The notes below the pieces were generated by a model. The model saw only the letters and a list, made by a program, of their open reading frames with translations, searched no databases and had not been told where the DNA came from. Position numbers and translations under genes: made by a program. Below are positions 39,049 through 49,024 of a stretch of DNA of 64,000 bases, one piece after another; positions within the stretch are counted from its first letter, which is position 1; every line of letters begins with the position of its first letter. The DNA is from an uncultured Gemmatimonadales bacterium (lineage in GTDB: Bacteria; Gemmatimonadota; Gemmatimonadetes; Gemmatimonadales; JACORV01): positions 649,011-713,010 of the forward strand of contig CAWIFL010000002.1 in NCBI GenBank assembly GCA_963835535.1, written 5' to 3'.

Positions 39049-39202
39049 GTGGTCGGTAATCTCCCCTGACGAGGCCGTCTGCGTCGCTCGTTCGCCGAGA
39101 AGTATAGCAGTCGCAGGCGGTTGCGAAAACCTCGCCACCGACCGAACTTAGGGGCCAGCCGCGGCAAAGAGCCGCGTCACTTTCCGACTATGCGGAGGAT
39201 GA
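39049..39202. promoter_or_regulatory. Divergent intergenic region between the minus-strand operon and the plus-strand GME-like gene
   Basis: 154 bp lacking a credible ORF. GGAGGA lies 5 nt before ATG 39203. A TATACT -10-like hexamer on the minus strand (39101-39106) lies ~50 nt upstream of ATG 39048. No convincing -35 element. Confidence 0.3.
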
Positions 39203-40193
39203 ATGTCCGTGGAACGCGTCTTGATAGCGGGAGGAGGAGGGTTCATCGGCGGGCACCTCGCCGCTGAATTGCGCCGCCGGGGATGCGCCGTCCGAGCCGT
39301 GGACATCAAGCCAATCGAAGAGTGGTATCAGGTCTTCGACGATGTGGAGAACGTCGTCGCCGACCTCAAGCTCCGGGAGGCATGCGAGCGTGCCTGTCGC
39401 GGCGTCGACACCGTGTATCAGCTCGCGGCCGACATGGGAGGCATGGGCTTCATCGAGAACAACAAGGCGCTGTGCATGCTCTCAGTGCTCATCAACACCC
39501 ACATGCTCCAGGCGGCCCGCGCGGCCGGGGTCAGCCGGTACTTCTACTCCTCTTCGGCGTGCGTGTACAACGCAGACAAGCAGACGCTCGACCAACGTCG
39601 TGCCTCTCAAGGAGGAAGACGCCTATCCCGCGATGCCCGAGGACGGCTACGGGTGGGAGAAGCTCTTCTCGGAGCGGATGTGCCGGCATTTCCGCGAGGA
39701 CTTCGGCTTCCCACGCGCGTGGCCCGGTTCCACAACGTCTACGGCCCGCTTGGCACGTGGGACGGCGGACGGGAGAAGGCTCCCGCGGCGATTTGCCGGA
39801 AGGTCATTCACGCGCTGGAGAACCGGCGAGAACGGCATCGAGATCTGGGGCAGCGGGGAGCAGACGCGTTCGTTCATGTACATCGACGACTGCATCAAGG
39901 GCATCCTGCAAATTACGGCCAGCGACATCATCGAGCCCATCAACCTCGGATCCAACGAGCTCGTCACGATCAACCAGCTCGTGGACATCGTCGAGGACAT
40001 CGCCGGCGTGAAACTCGAGCGCCGCTACAACCTCGCGGCCCCGAAGGGCGTCAACGGACGCAACTCCGACAACACGCGCATCAAGAAGCTCCTGGGATGG
40101 GAGCCGTCCATTCCCCTGCGCACGGGCATGGAAACCACTTATCGCTGGATTCACGACGAATACGTGAAAGCCAACGGCGCCAAGCGTTCGTGA
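39203..40193 (+). pseudogene. GDP-mannose 3,5-epimerase homologue; three frameshifts as assembled
   Basis: Segments in alternating frames together reproduce the GME pattern: RVLIAGGGGFIGGHL, LAADMGGMGFI, SSSACVY | NVVPLKEEDAYPAMPEDGYGWEKL | RVARFHNVYGPLGTWDGGREKAPAAICRK | IEIWGSGEQTRSFMYIDDC...GRNSDN. Switches lie near 39590, 39712 and 39820. Confidence 0.75.
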
Positions 40194-41461
40194 CGGCGCA
40201 GGCGCAGGCGACGCCGGCGGCCGCCACGCGGCCGCCTCGCCCGAAGACCATCGTTCTCCTCTGCCAGCATTTCTTCCCCGAGATGATCTCGACGGGGATC
40301 CACATGACGGAACTGGCCGTCGCCCTCACGCGACTGGGCTGGGCCATCAGCGCCGTCTGCGCCCAACCACGCCTGCTGGTCGCAACCAACAACGCGCGCG
40401 TCCCGACCCAAATGACATACCAAGGCATCAGGATAGCCAGATCCGGCGCCTTGGGTTCACATGACGGCCTCGCGAGCCGGCTGCTCTTCGCGATGACGTT
40501 TTCGCTGACCAGCATCGTGCAGGTCCTCCGTGTCGGGCGCGGGGCGCGGGGCGTCGTCCTGACAACCAACCCTCCTTTCCTTGGCTTGGCGGCGTGGCTG
40601 ATCAGCAAGATGCGTTTCTTACCCTACGCGCTCATTGTCTACGATGTCTACCCGGAGATCGCAGTTCGCCTCGGCGTGGTCCGAGCCGGGTCCTTCCTGG
40701 AGCGCCTGTGGGAGCATCTGACTCGGGCCGTGCTGAACGAGGCCGCCGCAGTGATCGTGATCGGCCGGGACATGGAACCGATCATCGCGGCCAAGATGCG
40801 ACCCGACCGCCGAGAGCGCATTCGACTCATCCCGAACTGGTCGGACGACCACGTCGTCGCTCCGATGCGGCCGGAGGAGAACCCGTTCATTCAGGAGCAT
40901 CACCTTCACGGGCGGTTTGTCGTCCAGTACGCCGGTCGAATGGGGCGCACGCACAACCTCGAGCCGCTGGTCGCGGCAGCCGATCTGCTGCGTGACGAGG
41001 GCATAGTCTTCCAGTTCATCGGCGATGGGGCAAAACGTAGTGACCTGCTCACGCTGTGTCGCGTCCAGGGCTTGTCAAACGTCGTGTTCCTTCCCTACCA
41101 GCCGATGGAGCGGCTGCGCGAGATGCTGGCAGCCGCTGACGTCTCCGTGGTATGCCTGGAGCGCCAGTTCACCGGACTCTCGGTGCCCAGCAAGACCTAC
41201 GGCGTGATGGCTGCGGGAAGGCCAATCCTCGCCTTCCTCGATCCGGAGAGCGAGATAGGACGAACAATCGTGGAGAACAACTGCGGTGTGGTGCTTCGGG
41301 ATCCCACTGGCACGCAAGTGGCTTCTATCGTCCGCGAGCTGAAGCAGAATCGTGCCCGACTCGAGCGAATGGGGCAGAACGGCCGATCCGCGTTTCTGGC
41401 GAACTACACGCTCAGTCTCGCAGCCCAGCGGTACGATGCCTGCCTATCCGCCGTGCTCTGA
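40190..41461 (+). CDS. GT4 glycosyltransferase (WcaI-like)
   Basis: GTG 40190 forms a GTGA overlap with the GME stop. It begins KTIVLLCQHFFPEMISTGIHMTELA. The C-terminal part reads VSVVCLERQFTGLSVPSKTYGVMAAGRPILA. Confidence 0.7.
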   Translation: MTAQAQATPAAATRPPRPKTIVLLCQHFFPEMISTGIHMTELAVALTRLGWAISAVCAQPRLLVATNNARVPTQMTYQGIRIARSGALGSHDGLASRLLFAMTFSLTSIVQVLRVGRGARGVVLTTNPPFLGLAAWLISKMRFLPYALIVYDVYPEIAVRLGVVRAGSFLERLWEHLTRAVLNEAAAVIVIGRDMEPIIAAKMRPDRRERIRLIPNWSDDHVVAPMRPEENPFIQEHHLHGRFVVQYAGRMGRTHNLEPLVAAADLLRDEGIVFQFIGDGAKRSDLLTLCRVQGLSNVVFLPYQPMERLREMLAAADVSVVCLERQFTGLSVPSKTYGVMAAGRPILAFLDPESEIGRTIVENNCGVVLRDPTGTQVASIVRELKQNRARLERMGQNGRSAFLANYTLSLAAQRYDACLSAVL

Positions 41462-42658
41462 CCTGCCATTTGCAGCGGCGGGCCGTAGCACCTCTCGGTA
41501 CAGGGTCTCAAGCCGTGACACCACCGCAGGAAGCGTGTAGTCCCGAACGAGGATCTCTCGGCCTGCCGCCCCAAAGCGTGCGCGCAAGCCGGGATCATCA
41601 AGCAGGCGCCGCAACCCGCTAGCCATCGCCTTGCTCTCGCACGGGACAACGATCGCGGCTCGATCCCGAAATGCTGGCGCCAGCTGGCAGCCTTCTGAGA
41701 GAAGCATCGGCCGAGATGCGGCGCAAGCCTCCAGAACCACCATCCCGAAGGAATCGTAGCGGCTTGGCAGCGCGAACACATCCGCGTCGATCATGGCTTC
41801 GATTACCTCCCTATCGTCGTGTAGCGGGCCCGTCATCACGATGGATCGCCCCCGCGCAGCGCGAGCAATCATCTCTCGCAGTTGCCCTGCGAGCCCATGA
41901 TCGGGGCCAACGAGCACGAGCACCGCATCCGCAGCCTGGAGCTCGCAGAAAGCTCGCAGGAGCACGTCGGGCCCCTTCGTCAGCTCGAGCCGCCCAAGGA
42001 ACAGGACCATGCGGCTCTCCGGCGCAATGCTGTGACGGGCGCGAAATCGCCCGCGCTCGGGAAGCGGCTCAAGACGCGTGAGATCGAGCCCATTGGGCAC
42101 GACAACGGAGCGCTCCCGGCTCACTCCCGCTTGCGCGAAAAGCTCCCTCTCGCTTTCCGTATCAGCGATGAAGCGGGAAGCGCCCTCAAGCAGCGGCCGT
42201 CCTAGCCATCGGTCGTAGACTCGCTTGAGCCGCTGACTCCGCTCTCCAGGCCGAAGGGTTCCGTGTGGCTGAAGCAGGTATGGCACTCCAGCTCTCCGCG
42301 CAGCCCGAGCGGCTGCGTAGGCGAGGAACGATCGGAACTCATGTAGATGCAGGAGGTCGTGCACCCTCAGTTCGGCCTCCAGCCGCCGCGCGGCTCCATG
42401 GACGTAGTGTGGACCGAAGCTCCCTGGCCACCAAGGAATCGTCGACGTCCGGAGGTAGACCACCCGAACTCCGTCCTCGGTAATGCGCTCCTCCGTACCA
42501 GGAAAGAGTGACGTGCGCCGATCTCTGCGATTGGTGCAGATGTACGTGACTTGATGTCCGCGAGCCACCAGCGCTCGGGCGTTGGCCTGCGCGACTCGTA
42601 CGGAGCCGCCGAGGTTGTCTCCGGCACCGAAGCCGAGAGCCTCAAAAAGTATGCGCAT
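41444..42658 (-). CDS. GT4 glycosyltransferase
   Basis: Intact 404-aa ORF beginning MRILFEAL. Signature DADVFALPSRYDSFGMVVLEACAASRPMLLSEG. Its 3' end overlaps the convergent gene by 18 nt. Confidence 0.8.
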   Translation of the reverse strand: MRILFEALGFGAGDNLGGSVRVAQANARALVARGHQVTYICTNRRDRRTSLFPGTEERITEDGVRVVYLRTSTIPWWPGSFGPHYVHGAARRLEAELRVHDLLHLHEFRSFLAYAAARAARRAGVPYLLQPHGTLRPGERSQRLKRVYDRWLGRPLLEGASRFIADTESERELFAQAGVSRERSVVVPNGLDLTRLEPLPERGRFRARHSIAPESRMVLFLGRLELTKGPDVLLRAFCELQAADAVLVLVGPDHGLAGQLREMIARAARGRSIVMTGPLHDDREVIEAMIDADVFALPSRYDSFGMVVLEACAASRPMLLSEGCQLAPAFRDRAAIVVPCESKAMASGLRRLLDDPGLRARFGAAGREILVRDYTLPAVVSRLETLYREVLRPAAANGRSEHGG

Positions 42659-42931
42659 GTCGGTGGGCTGGCCGCGCTATCTAGCAGGCAATGTACGGAA
42701 AATGCGCCGCTTGACTTCGCCGGCGTCCGCGAGCGCCAGGTGGTAGTCCGCCGGAACGCCGATCTCCAGGTGCGGTGAGGAACCGGTCAAGGCGCGCACC
42801 TCCGCGATATCCGCACAGCGGCGCGCAACGCACGCGGAAGCCGTTCCGCGCTCACACGGCCGCCAGCGTGAAACCAACACACCCCACGCCAATGACGGCG
42901 ACCTGCGTCGTGTTGTTGCTCGCGTCCGGAC

Positions 42932-44098
42932 TCATGACGCTCCCGTGGCGCCGGCCCGGGCCAGCAGCTCGGCGTAGACGTGACGAAGAACCTCCACCTC
43001 GCGCTCGACCCCGAACTCGGGCGCCCGAGCCCGTCCGGCCTGGGACAGTCGCCCCCACAACGCGGCGTCTCGCAGCAGGCGCACCACTCCCGCGGCGATG
43101 GCTGCGGGGTCCTTGGGTGGGACCACCAGCCCGTCCTCGCCGTGCCGGACGATCTCCGGCACCACGGCCACGTTCGTCGTCACGAAGGGCGTGCCGACCA
43201 GCCACGCCTCGAGGAGTACCCGGGGCAGGCCGTCGTAGCCAGGGTCTGACGGGAACACGAACACGTCCAGCTGCGCCATCGCGCTGCGCCCCTCTGGCAC
43301 CCACCCCACGAAATCCACCCGGTCCCGAACCCCCATGTCACCCGCAAGCGCCTCGAGCGACGGGCGGTAGGAACCATCCCCCACCACGCGGAAGCGCACC
43401 TCCGGGACCGCCTGGACGATGGCCGGAGCGGCCCGCAGCAGGTGCTGCACCCCCTTTTCCGGGATGAGCTCCCCGATTGTGCCCACGACGGGCTGATCGC
43501 GCCGCAGTCCCTGACGCGGGGCGTCGCCCGCATCCAGTTCTACGCCGCTGTATAGCACCTGCACCTGATCCGGGGCGTACCCGAATTCCTCGATCAGCTC
43601 ACGCCTCGTCGCCCCGGAGATAGCCAGCACCCGGTCGATGCGGCGTCGCGCCAAGCCGATGCCGGCACGGTAGAGACGCGCCTTCCACGCCGACGTGTGC
43701 GCCACGAGATAGCCGATTCCCGACGACACTACCACCGGCACGCCAGCCAGTCGCGCCGCCACGCTACCGAGGATATCCCCCTGGACCATCACCGAATGCA
43801 CGATGTGGGGACGCTCGGCCTTGAACAAACGCCGCAGCGCAGCGATCGCGGGCACGTAGAGCAACGCCGGAGACCGCAGTGCACCGACGTGGATTAGCCG
43901 CACGTGAGGCCAGGGCGCCAACGCGGCCTCGACCCGCTCAGGCTCGCGCGAAAAGTATGCCAGAGACAGATCGTAGCAGTCCGCCGTGAGGTGCCGGATC
44001 CATCCCCGAAGTATGTCAAAGCCCCCGCCACGCGCTACCAGGGGGGAAACCACCCAAATGACCTTGAGCCGCGACACGGGCGCGAAATCTACGGCCAT
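42932..44098 (-). CDS. GT4 glycosyltransferase
   Basis: LKVIWVVSPLVARGGG at the N-terminus. FVFPSDPGYDGLPRVLLEAWLVGTPFVTTNV signature. ATG 44098 is preferred over 44152. Confidence 0.75.
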   Translation of the reverse strand: MAVDFAPVSRLKVIWVVSPLVARGGGFDILRGWIRHLTADCYDLSLAYFSREPERVEAALAPWPHVRLIHVGALRSPALLYVPAIAALRRLFKAERPHIVHSVMVQGDILGSVAARLAGVPVVVSSGIGYLVAHTSAWKARLYRAGIGLARRRIDRVLAISGATRRELIEEFGYAPDQVQVLYSGVELDAGDAPRQGLRRDQPVVGTIGELIPEKGVQHLLRAAPAIVQAVPEVRFRVVGDGSYRPSLEALAGDMGVRDRVDFVGWVPEGRSAMAQLDVFVFPSDPGYDGLPRVLLEAWLVGTPFVTTNVAVVPEIVRHGEDGLVVPPKDPAAIAAGVVRLLRDAALWGRLSQAGRARAPEFGVEREVEVLRHVYAELLARAGATGAS

Positions 44099-44161
44099 CC
44101 ACTCGAGGACACCAGCGGAGCGACGATTGCAATACGATTCTCGGCGACCCACATTTCACGC

Positions 44162-45619
44162 GTGGGCACGCAAGATCTCGCGCTCCCTAGGGTCCAGGCC
44201 GGTCTGGGGGCCGACAGCCCCGGCGGTCGCCTCACGACCAAGGCGACCGCCGGTTATCTCGCGGGCAGTGCGCTTGTGGCTGCGTTGGGCGCAATGGTCC
44301 ACTCCGGTCCGCAAACCGACGCTCTGGTCGCCGGTGCGTTCCTCGCCGCATTGCCCTGGCTGCTGGCAGCCAGCACCGAGTCGCTGCTGGTTCTCACCGT
44401 GCTCGCGCTCCCGTTCGACACGTGGAAGATCTGGTCGGTGCTGTCCGCTACGAATGTGCTTATCACGATCGTGGTTCTCCGGATGGTCTTCGACGCCGCG
44501 CGCGGGGTGCGCCGGTTGCGGCCGAGTTTCGCGTACCGGCCACTCCTTGCGGTGGGCTTCGCCGTCGTCGCATCGACCGCGTTGGCCGCGGATCGCGCCA
44601 GCGCCGCCCGCCTTCTTGTGTCGGTGTTCGGGGCCGGTGGCTTCGCCGTGGCTCTTGTGAACTACGCTGACCGCCCACAGGTACGCGAGCGTCTGCTCGA
44701 TGCCCTCTTTGCAGCCAGTCTCGTGATGAGCACGACGGCGATTGTACAGTTCATTGCGTACCAATACGGGCGGGAATTGTGGGCCCCCTCTGCGGCGTAC
44801 TATGTGTACAATCTCGGCAGCTACCAGATCAAGGCGAGCGGCCTGTTCAACGCGCCCGGCAACCTTTCGGCCTACCTTCTGCCTGGCGTCGCGTGCGGCT
44901 TGGTCTTGTGGGGCCGACCACTGCCCGGCGTTCAACGTGCGATTCGCAATATCGCCACCGTGCTCTGCGTCGCGGCATCCGCACTCACCTTCACACGCGC
45001 GTCGCTGCTGACAATCGCAGTTCTTGGCACCGGCATCGCCATTGCGAAGTTATCCAGCCGGCTGCGCCATGTGTGGACGGCAGTGCTCACCGCGATCACA
45101 CTGTCCGCGGTCGCAGCGATTGTTGCCGGCCCGAGGTTGATTGCGTTCCTCACCGCAATGAGTCCGTTCTCTGTCTATAGCCGTGCGAGTATCTACCTAG
45201 GTGCGCTCGACAGCTTCCGAGCGCACCCGGTCTTCGGCACGGGACTCGGCGCGCAGGTTCACCAGAACTGGACGAATCCGGAGTTGTACGACCTCGCCTC
45301 CTCGGTAACATCCCAGGACATTGGCGCGAACACCGTCGCCCCGCGCGATACGCACAGCACGCCGCTGCAGATCGCCGTCGACATGGGGATAGTCGGGCTG
45401 CTTGCCTACGGGTGGCTGTTTGCTGCGACGTTCCGCCGCGGAGTCCGCGCTGTACGAGCGCCGGATCAGGACGATCGGGCCGTGGCGGCGGCGATGCTGG
45501 CCGCCACCCTCGGCACGCTCTTTGTGCTTCTCTTCAACGATGGTGTGGCGATGAAGCCACTGTGGATGATGCTCGGGTTGCTGTGGACCCTGGCACCCGG
45601 GGCATCAACCGCCTCCTGA
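44162..45619 (+). CDS. O-antigen ligase/polymerase-family membrane protein (Wzy-like) 2
   Basis: Polytopic ORF with a Wzy_C-like segment (ALTFTRASLLTIAVLGTGIA) and a periplasmic loop containing HPVFGTGLGA. The start (GTG 44162) is uncertain. The upstream part of ORF 43904-45619 is antisense to the GT4. Confidence 0.7.
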   Translation: MGTQDLALPRVQAGLGADSPGGRLTTKATAGYLAGSALVAALGAMVHSGPQTDALVAGAFLAALPWLLAASTESLLVLTVLALPFDTWKIWSVLSATNVLITIVVLRMVFDAARGVRRLRPSFAYRPLLAVGFAVVASTALAADRASAARLLVSVFGAGGFAVALVNYADRPQVRERLLDALFAASLVMSTTAIVQFIAYQYGRELWAPSAAYYVYNLGSYQIKASGLFNAPGNLSAYLLPGVACGLVLWGRPLPGVQRAIRNIATVLCVAASALTFTRASLLTIAVLGTGIAIAKLSSRLRHVWTAVLTAITLSAVAAIVAGPRLIAFLTAMSPFSVYSRASIYLGALDSFRAHPVFGTGLGAQVHQNWTNPELYDLASSVTSQDIGANTVAPRDTHSTPLQIAVDMGIVGLLAYGWLFAATFRRGVRAVRAPDQDDRAVAAAMLAATLGTLFVLLFNDGVAMKPLWMMLGLLWTLAPGASTAS

Positions 45620-46691
45620 CCGCCTCCGCAGCCTCGGGAGCAGAGGGCCAACTCGCCTGCGAAACGTCGCCGCCACGGCCTGCAGTTGCTCACGCTGCAA
45701 CTCGTAGAACACCGCCCAGCTTGCCGTCAGTCCGAGCATCACGACAGCGACGCCAATGAGTGTCCGGCTCCGGTTTGGAGCCGACTTGCGAGTTGGGACC
45801 AGCGCCGGCTCTATCACCGTGAGCACAGGCGACTCGTCGGCCTCCCTGATGCGGGCCAGCTCCAGCTCCCGGCTGAGTGAGAGGTAGAGGTCCTGTCTGA
45901 TGTCCAGCTGTCGCCTCAGCCGCCCCTCCTCGAACCGTAGGGCCGGCGATTTGTCGAACGACCGGTTCCGCTCGTAGAACCCGCGCAGCGCGGCCTCGGC
46001 CTCGGTGAGGGCACCCTCAGCCTCGTGCACCCGCGATTCCGTGAAGACCCGGCGGCTCTTCGCCTGGGACTGCCGAGAGTCCCGGTTGAACAGCAGCAGG
46101 CGGTGCACGAACTCGTCGGCTATGCCGGCGGCGAGGGCTGGCTTGGCCGCGACCACGGTGAGACGCACTACACCGGTCGGGCGGTCAACCGAGAACGTCG
46201 GTGAGCCCGCGCAGCGTATTGGCTGCGCGCTCCAGGCGTCGGGGGAGCGGTTCCGTGCCGGGCTCCAGGTAGTCCACCAGCGTGGCGGAGTCCGATGCCT
46301 CGCCCGCCTGCCCGCGCATGAGCCCTCCGAACCGGGTCTGCAGGACGCCGTAAACGATGGGTGTACTGCGCAGCAAGTCGCCGTAGAACTGCGGAGTCTG
46401 CCCCGGCTCGGCTGCGCCGACCGTGATCCCGGCCACCGCCGCCAGGCCGGCCAGGGTGGAGCTGGCGCTGCCGGCGCGCGTCTCCGGCACGAAACTGGTC
46501 ACCGCCCTGTAGCTGTTGGGCGTCAGGAGCACGAAGACAAGGGCGACGACGGACGCCGCTGCCGCGACCCCGATCACGGCGCGCCACCGACGGGCCAGCG
46601 CCACAGCCACGTCCACGAGGAGCGGGTCTCGATCCACACCAGCTGCAGTCCCGTTGGCCATGTCTACCTCAACCCTCGTTGCGCTGCTCAC
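45605..46691 (-). CDS. Polysaccharide co-polymerase (Wzz-like) 2; one frameshift as assembled
   Basis: ORF 46185-46691 holds the N-terminal TM segment and Wzz-like start. ORF 45605-46168 holds the coiled-coil region FYERNRSFDKSPALRFEEGRLRRQLD, similar to paralogue 1, plus the C-terminal TM segment. The frames join near 46165-46190. Confidence 0.7.
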
Positions 46692-46694
46692 CGT

Positions 46695-47312
46695 CTAGCG
46701 GCGCTCGCCCACCACCCGCGCGGGGATGCCAACGGCGATGGCGTACGGAGCGAGATCCTTGGTGACGATCGCCCCGGCGCCCACCACAGCGCCCGTCCCG
46801 ACCGTCACCCCACCCAAGACTACGACCCCCACACCGAGCCACACGTCGTCGCCGACGATAACGTCGGCTTCTTCAAACCCTTGCTCGCGGATCAGCCGAG
46901 CCCGGTCCTTGTACCGATACTGGCCGCCGACCAGTGAGACGAACTGGGCAATGCGGACGTCGTGCCCGATCTGTATCCGCCGACTACTGCGGATGTTGAC
47001 GTGAGCCCCGATGTAGACGTCGTCGCCGATCTCCACTACGGCCCCTTCGTCGACTGCGATCTCACACCCCTGCATCACGGCACTCCGATCGCCGACCCTC
47101 AGCGTCCCATCGGCAAGAACGGTAACGCTCCCGAGCCCACGCAACGTGGATCCGCGACCGAGCTTCAAGATGGCGCCGTGGTTGAGAAGGAGCGACGTGG
47201 ACCACGCGACGCGGCTTCGTCGCGCCGGGAATGTAGCAGCGAGCGCCACTTTCTTGAACGCACCCCGAGCACGACGTGCGAACGGGGCGAGCAGGAATGA
47301 AGGCCCGGCCAT
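46695..47312 (-). CDS. Hexapeptide-repeat (LbH) acetyltransferase
   Basis: Repeats IGDDVYIGAHVNI, IGHDVRIAQFVSL and VGDDVWLGVGVVVLGGVTVGTGAVVGAGAIV. Confidence 0.8.
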   Translation of the reverse strand: MAGPSFLLAPFARRARGAFKKVALAATFPARRSRVAWSTSLLLNHGAILKLGRGSTLRGLGSVTVLADGTLRVGDRSAVMQGCEIAVDEGAVVEIGDDVYIGAHVNIRSSRRIQIGHDVRIAQFVSLVGGQYRYKDRARLIREQGFEEADVIVGDDVWLGVGVVVLGGVTVGTGAVVGAGAIVTKDLAPYAIAVGIPARVVGERR

Positions 47313-47319
47313 CGGCGCG

Positions 47320-49014
47320 TCAGTCTAGCGCCGCGTCATCGTGCATACGAGCGGCCAAGAACGGTGTGCCCTCGACGATCCCGCGGCACACGGCGTCGAG
47401 GTTCGCGTCTTTCCCTTCGTCCAATTCGGACAGGGACGCATAGCGCAGCTCTGGGAGATTCCCAACGGACTCGTAGCGCACCTGGTGGAGTGAAATCGAT
47501 GCGCGGAAAATGGCGTAATACGCATAGCGACGCCATGCCTCGATGCGGGCAGCGTCACCCTTGGCGATCCGGCCCGACAAGACCGCGTCAAGCGCTGCGC
47601 GATACTCCTCGCGCGTCGCGGGTTCTATGGAGAGCCCCAGGCCACGGTAGTAAACGTCGCCCGCCAGAATCACGGGAACGCCCCGCACGCCCATCTCGAT
47701 CCCGGTCGTCGAGCCGTACACGAGACCGCAGTCTGCCAGGCTCATCAGCACGTAGGAGCTCGCGCCGCTCTCTGGGGGCACAACGATCACGTTGGGGGGC
47801 AGCGTCGGGAATCGTTGCCGCAGCAACTCGACCACCGAATCGCGTCCCGCTCCGGGGAGGATCACCTCCGCAGGGTGAACCCGAATGACGAGCTGCGCCT
47901 CCGGCCGCTCCGCAAACGCACCCACCGTTTCCACGATCCAATCCGCCATGCCGCCGAACCCAATGTCCCGCTCGAACAGGGTGGAGTCCCAGGTGATGTT
48001 CGGGAAGAGCACGGCGAGCCGCCTCGAGCGGTCGATGGCAAACTCGGCGCAGATCGCCTCGGCCGAGGACTCCAGGTTCGGGAAGTAATTGAGGAGGTAT
48101 CCCCCGCCCGTCGCGCGCTCGGCCAGATACCGGTCCAGGCGCTCGCTCTCCTCGCGGGTCAGCGGCTGGTTCGCAAACTGCGGCCAGTAGGCCGGATCCG
48201 CCACATCGGTGGCGCGATCATGCCGGAAAAAGAATGTCTCCGGCCGGAAGCCGACTTCCCAGGTGATCACATGAACGCGGCGGCGCTCCGCCGCCTCGAC
48301 CATGATCCATTCCGGGGCAAATAGGCCGTTCAACAGCACCACGGCATCCGGCCGGCGCCGGTCCAGCAGCAACTCGCACGCGTCCACCAGCCACACAGCC
48401 GAAACCAGCCACTCGCGATAGGTGGCGAGCGATTCCGGGTCTGCCGTGATCTTGTCAGTGCGCAGGAAGTGCGCCACCGAATGCCGCGTTAAGCGGCCGA
48501 TCGCATAGCCGCGATACTCCATGCCGGGGTAGTCCGGCGGGGCGAGCGCATCCACCAACGCCTGCGCCCGTTTCCGCGCTCCGGGAGGGAGTAGCTGGCC
48601 GAGCCACTCGGTGTCATGGCCGACCAGACGATGGCCGTGACTAGCGTACAGATGGCAGGCCCGACACACCCAGTGGCTGAGACGGGGGTAGTTGCCAGTG
48701 TTGCAGCTTCTCTTGAGCACACGATCGCAGCCCAGGACGGCCACGGAATGGCCGCGGCGCTGCAAGCTCCAGGCCAGAGTCGTGACCATCGCCACCTGGT
48801 CGCGCTCCTGCCGCGTCGCGAAGAACAGCACCCGCTTCCCGCCCGCGCCGGCCGTCGGGGGGGGTGCCCCACGCCGCAAGCGTCGCAGTTGCCGGAAGTA
48901 CGCGGTCTCGAGCCACGGCAGCGCGAGACGGGCGCGCCACCAGAGGAACAGGCCCAGCCGCCATGCCGCAGGGACCCGGCCGCGGAAGAACGCCTTGAGG
49001 CGCCGCACGCTCAT
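47320..49014 (-). CDS. Capsule-polysaccharide-biosynthesis-type GT-B enzyme (KpsS/KpsC, PF05159-like) 1
   Basis: ATG 49014 (MSVRRLKAFF). RVLFFATRQERDQVAM...GHSVAVLGCD, a Cys cluster (SCNTG...HWVCRAC) and IRVHPAE in the C-terminal Rossmann half. The family call comes from overall pattern only. Confidence 0.45.
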   Translation of the reverse strand: MSVRRLKAFFRGRVPAAWRLGLFLWWRARLALPWLETAYFRQLRRLRRGAPPPTAGAGGKRVLFFATRQERDQVAMVTTLAWSLQRRGHSVAVLGCDRVLKRSCNTGNYPRLSHWVCRACHLYASHGHRLVGHDTEWLGQLLPPGARKRAQALVDALAPPDYPGMEYRGYAIGRLTRHSVAHFLRTDKITADPESLATYREWLVSAVWLVDACELLLDRRRPDAVVLLNGLFAPEWIMVEAAERRRVHVITWEVGFRPETFFFRHDRATDVADPAYWPQFANQPLTREESERLDRYLAERATGGGYLLNYFPNLESSAEAICAEFAIDRSRRLAVLFPNITWDSTLFERDIGFGGMADWIVETVGAFAERPEAQLVIRVHPAEVILPGAGRDSVVELLRQRFPTLPPNVIVVPPESGASSYVLMSLADCGLVYGSTTGIEMGVRGVPVILAGDVYYRGLGLSIEPATREEYRAALDAVLSGRIAKGDAARIEAWRRYAYYAIFRASISLHQVRYESVGNLPELRYASLSELDEGKDANLDAVCRGIVEGTPFLAARMHDDAALD

Positions 49015-49024
49015 TCCCGCGCCC

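Noticed and set aside
39203-41461. 752-aa single ORF suggesting a large fusion protein
   Set aside because: It is a chimera. It holds in-frame GME segments, then out-of-frame GME read-through (Arg/His-rich nonsense), then a genuine GT4 that starts at GTG 40190. That start overlaps the GME stop used by the correct final frame.
42677-42892. 71-aa ORF in the 270-bp gap between two GT4 genes
   Set aside because: It has no start context, no recognisable motif and a composition indistinguishable from non-coding GC-rich DNA. It is probably intergenic or a promoter region.
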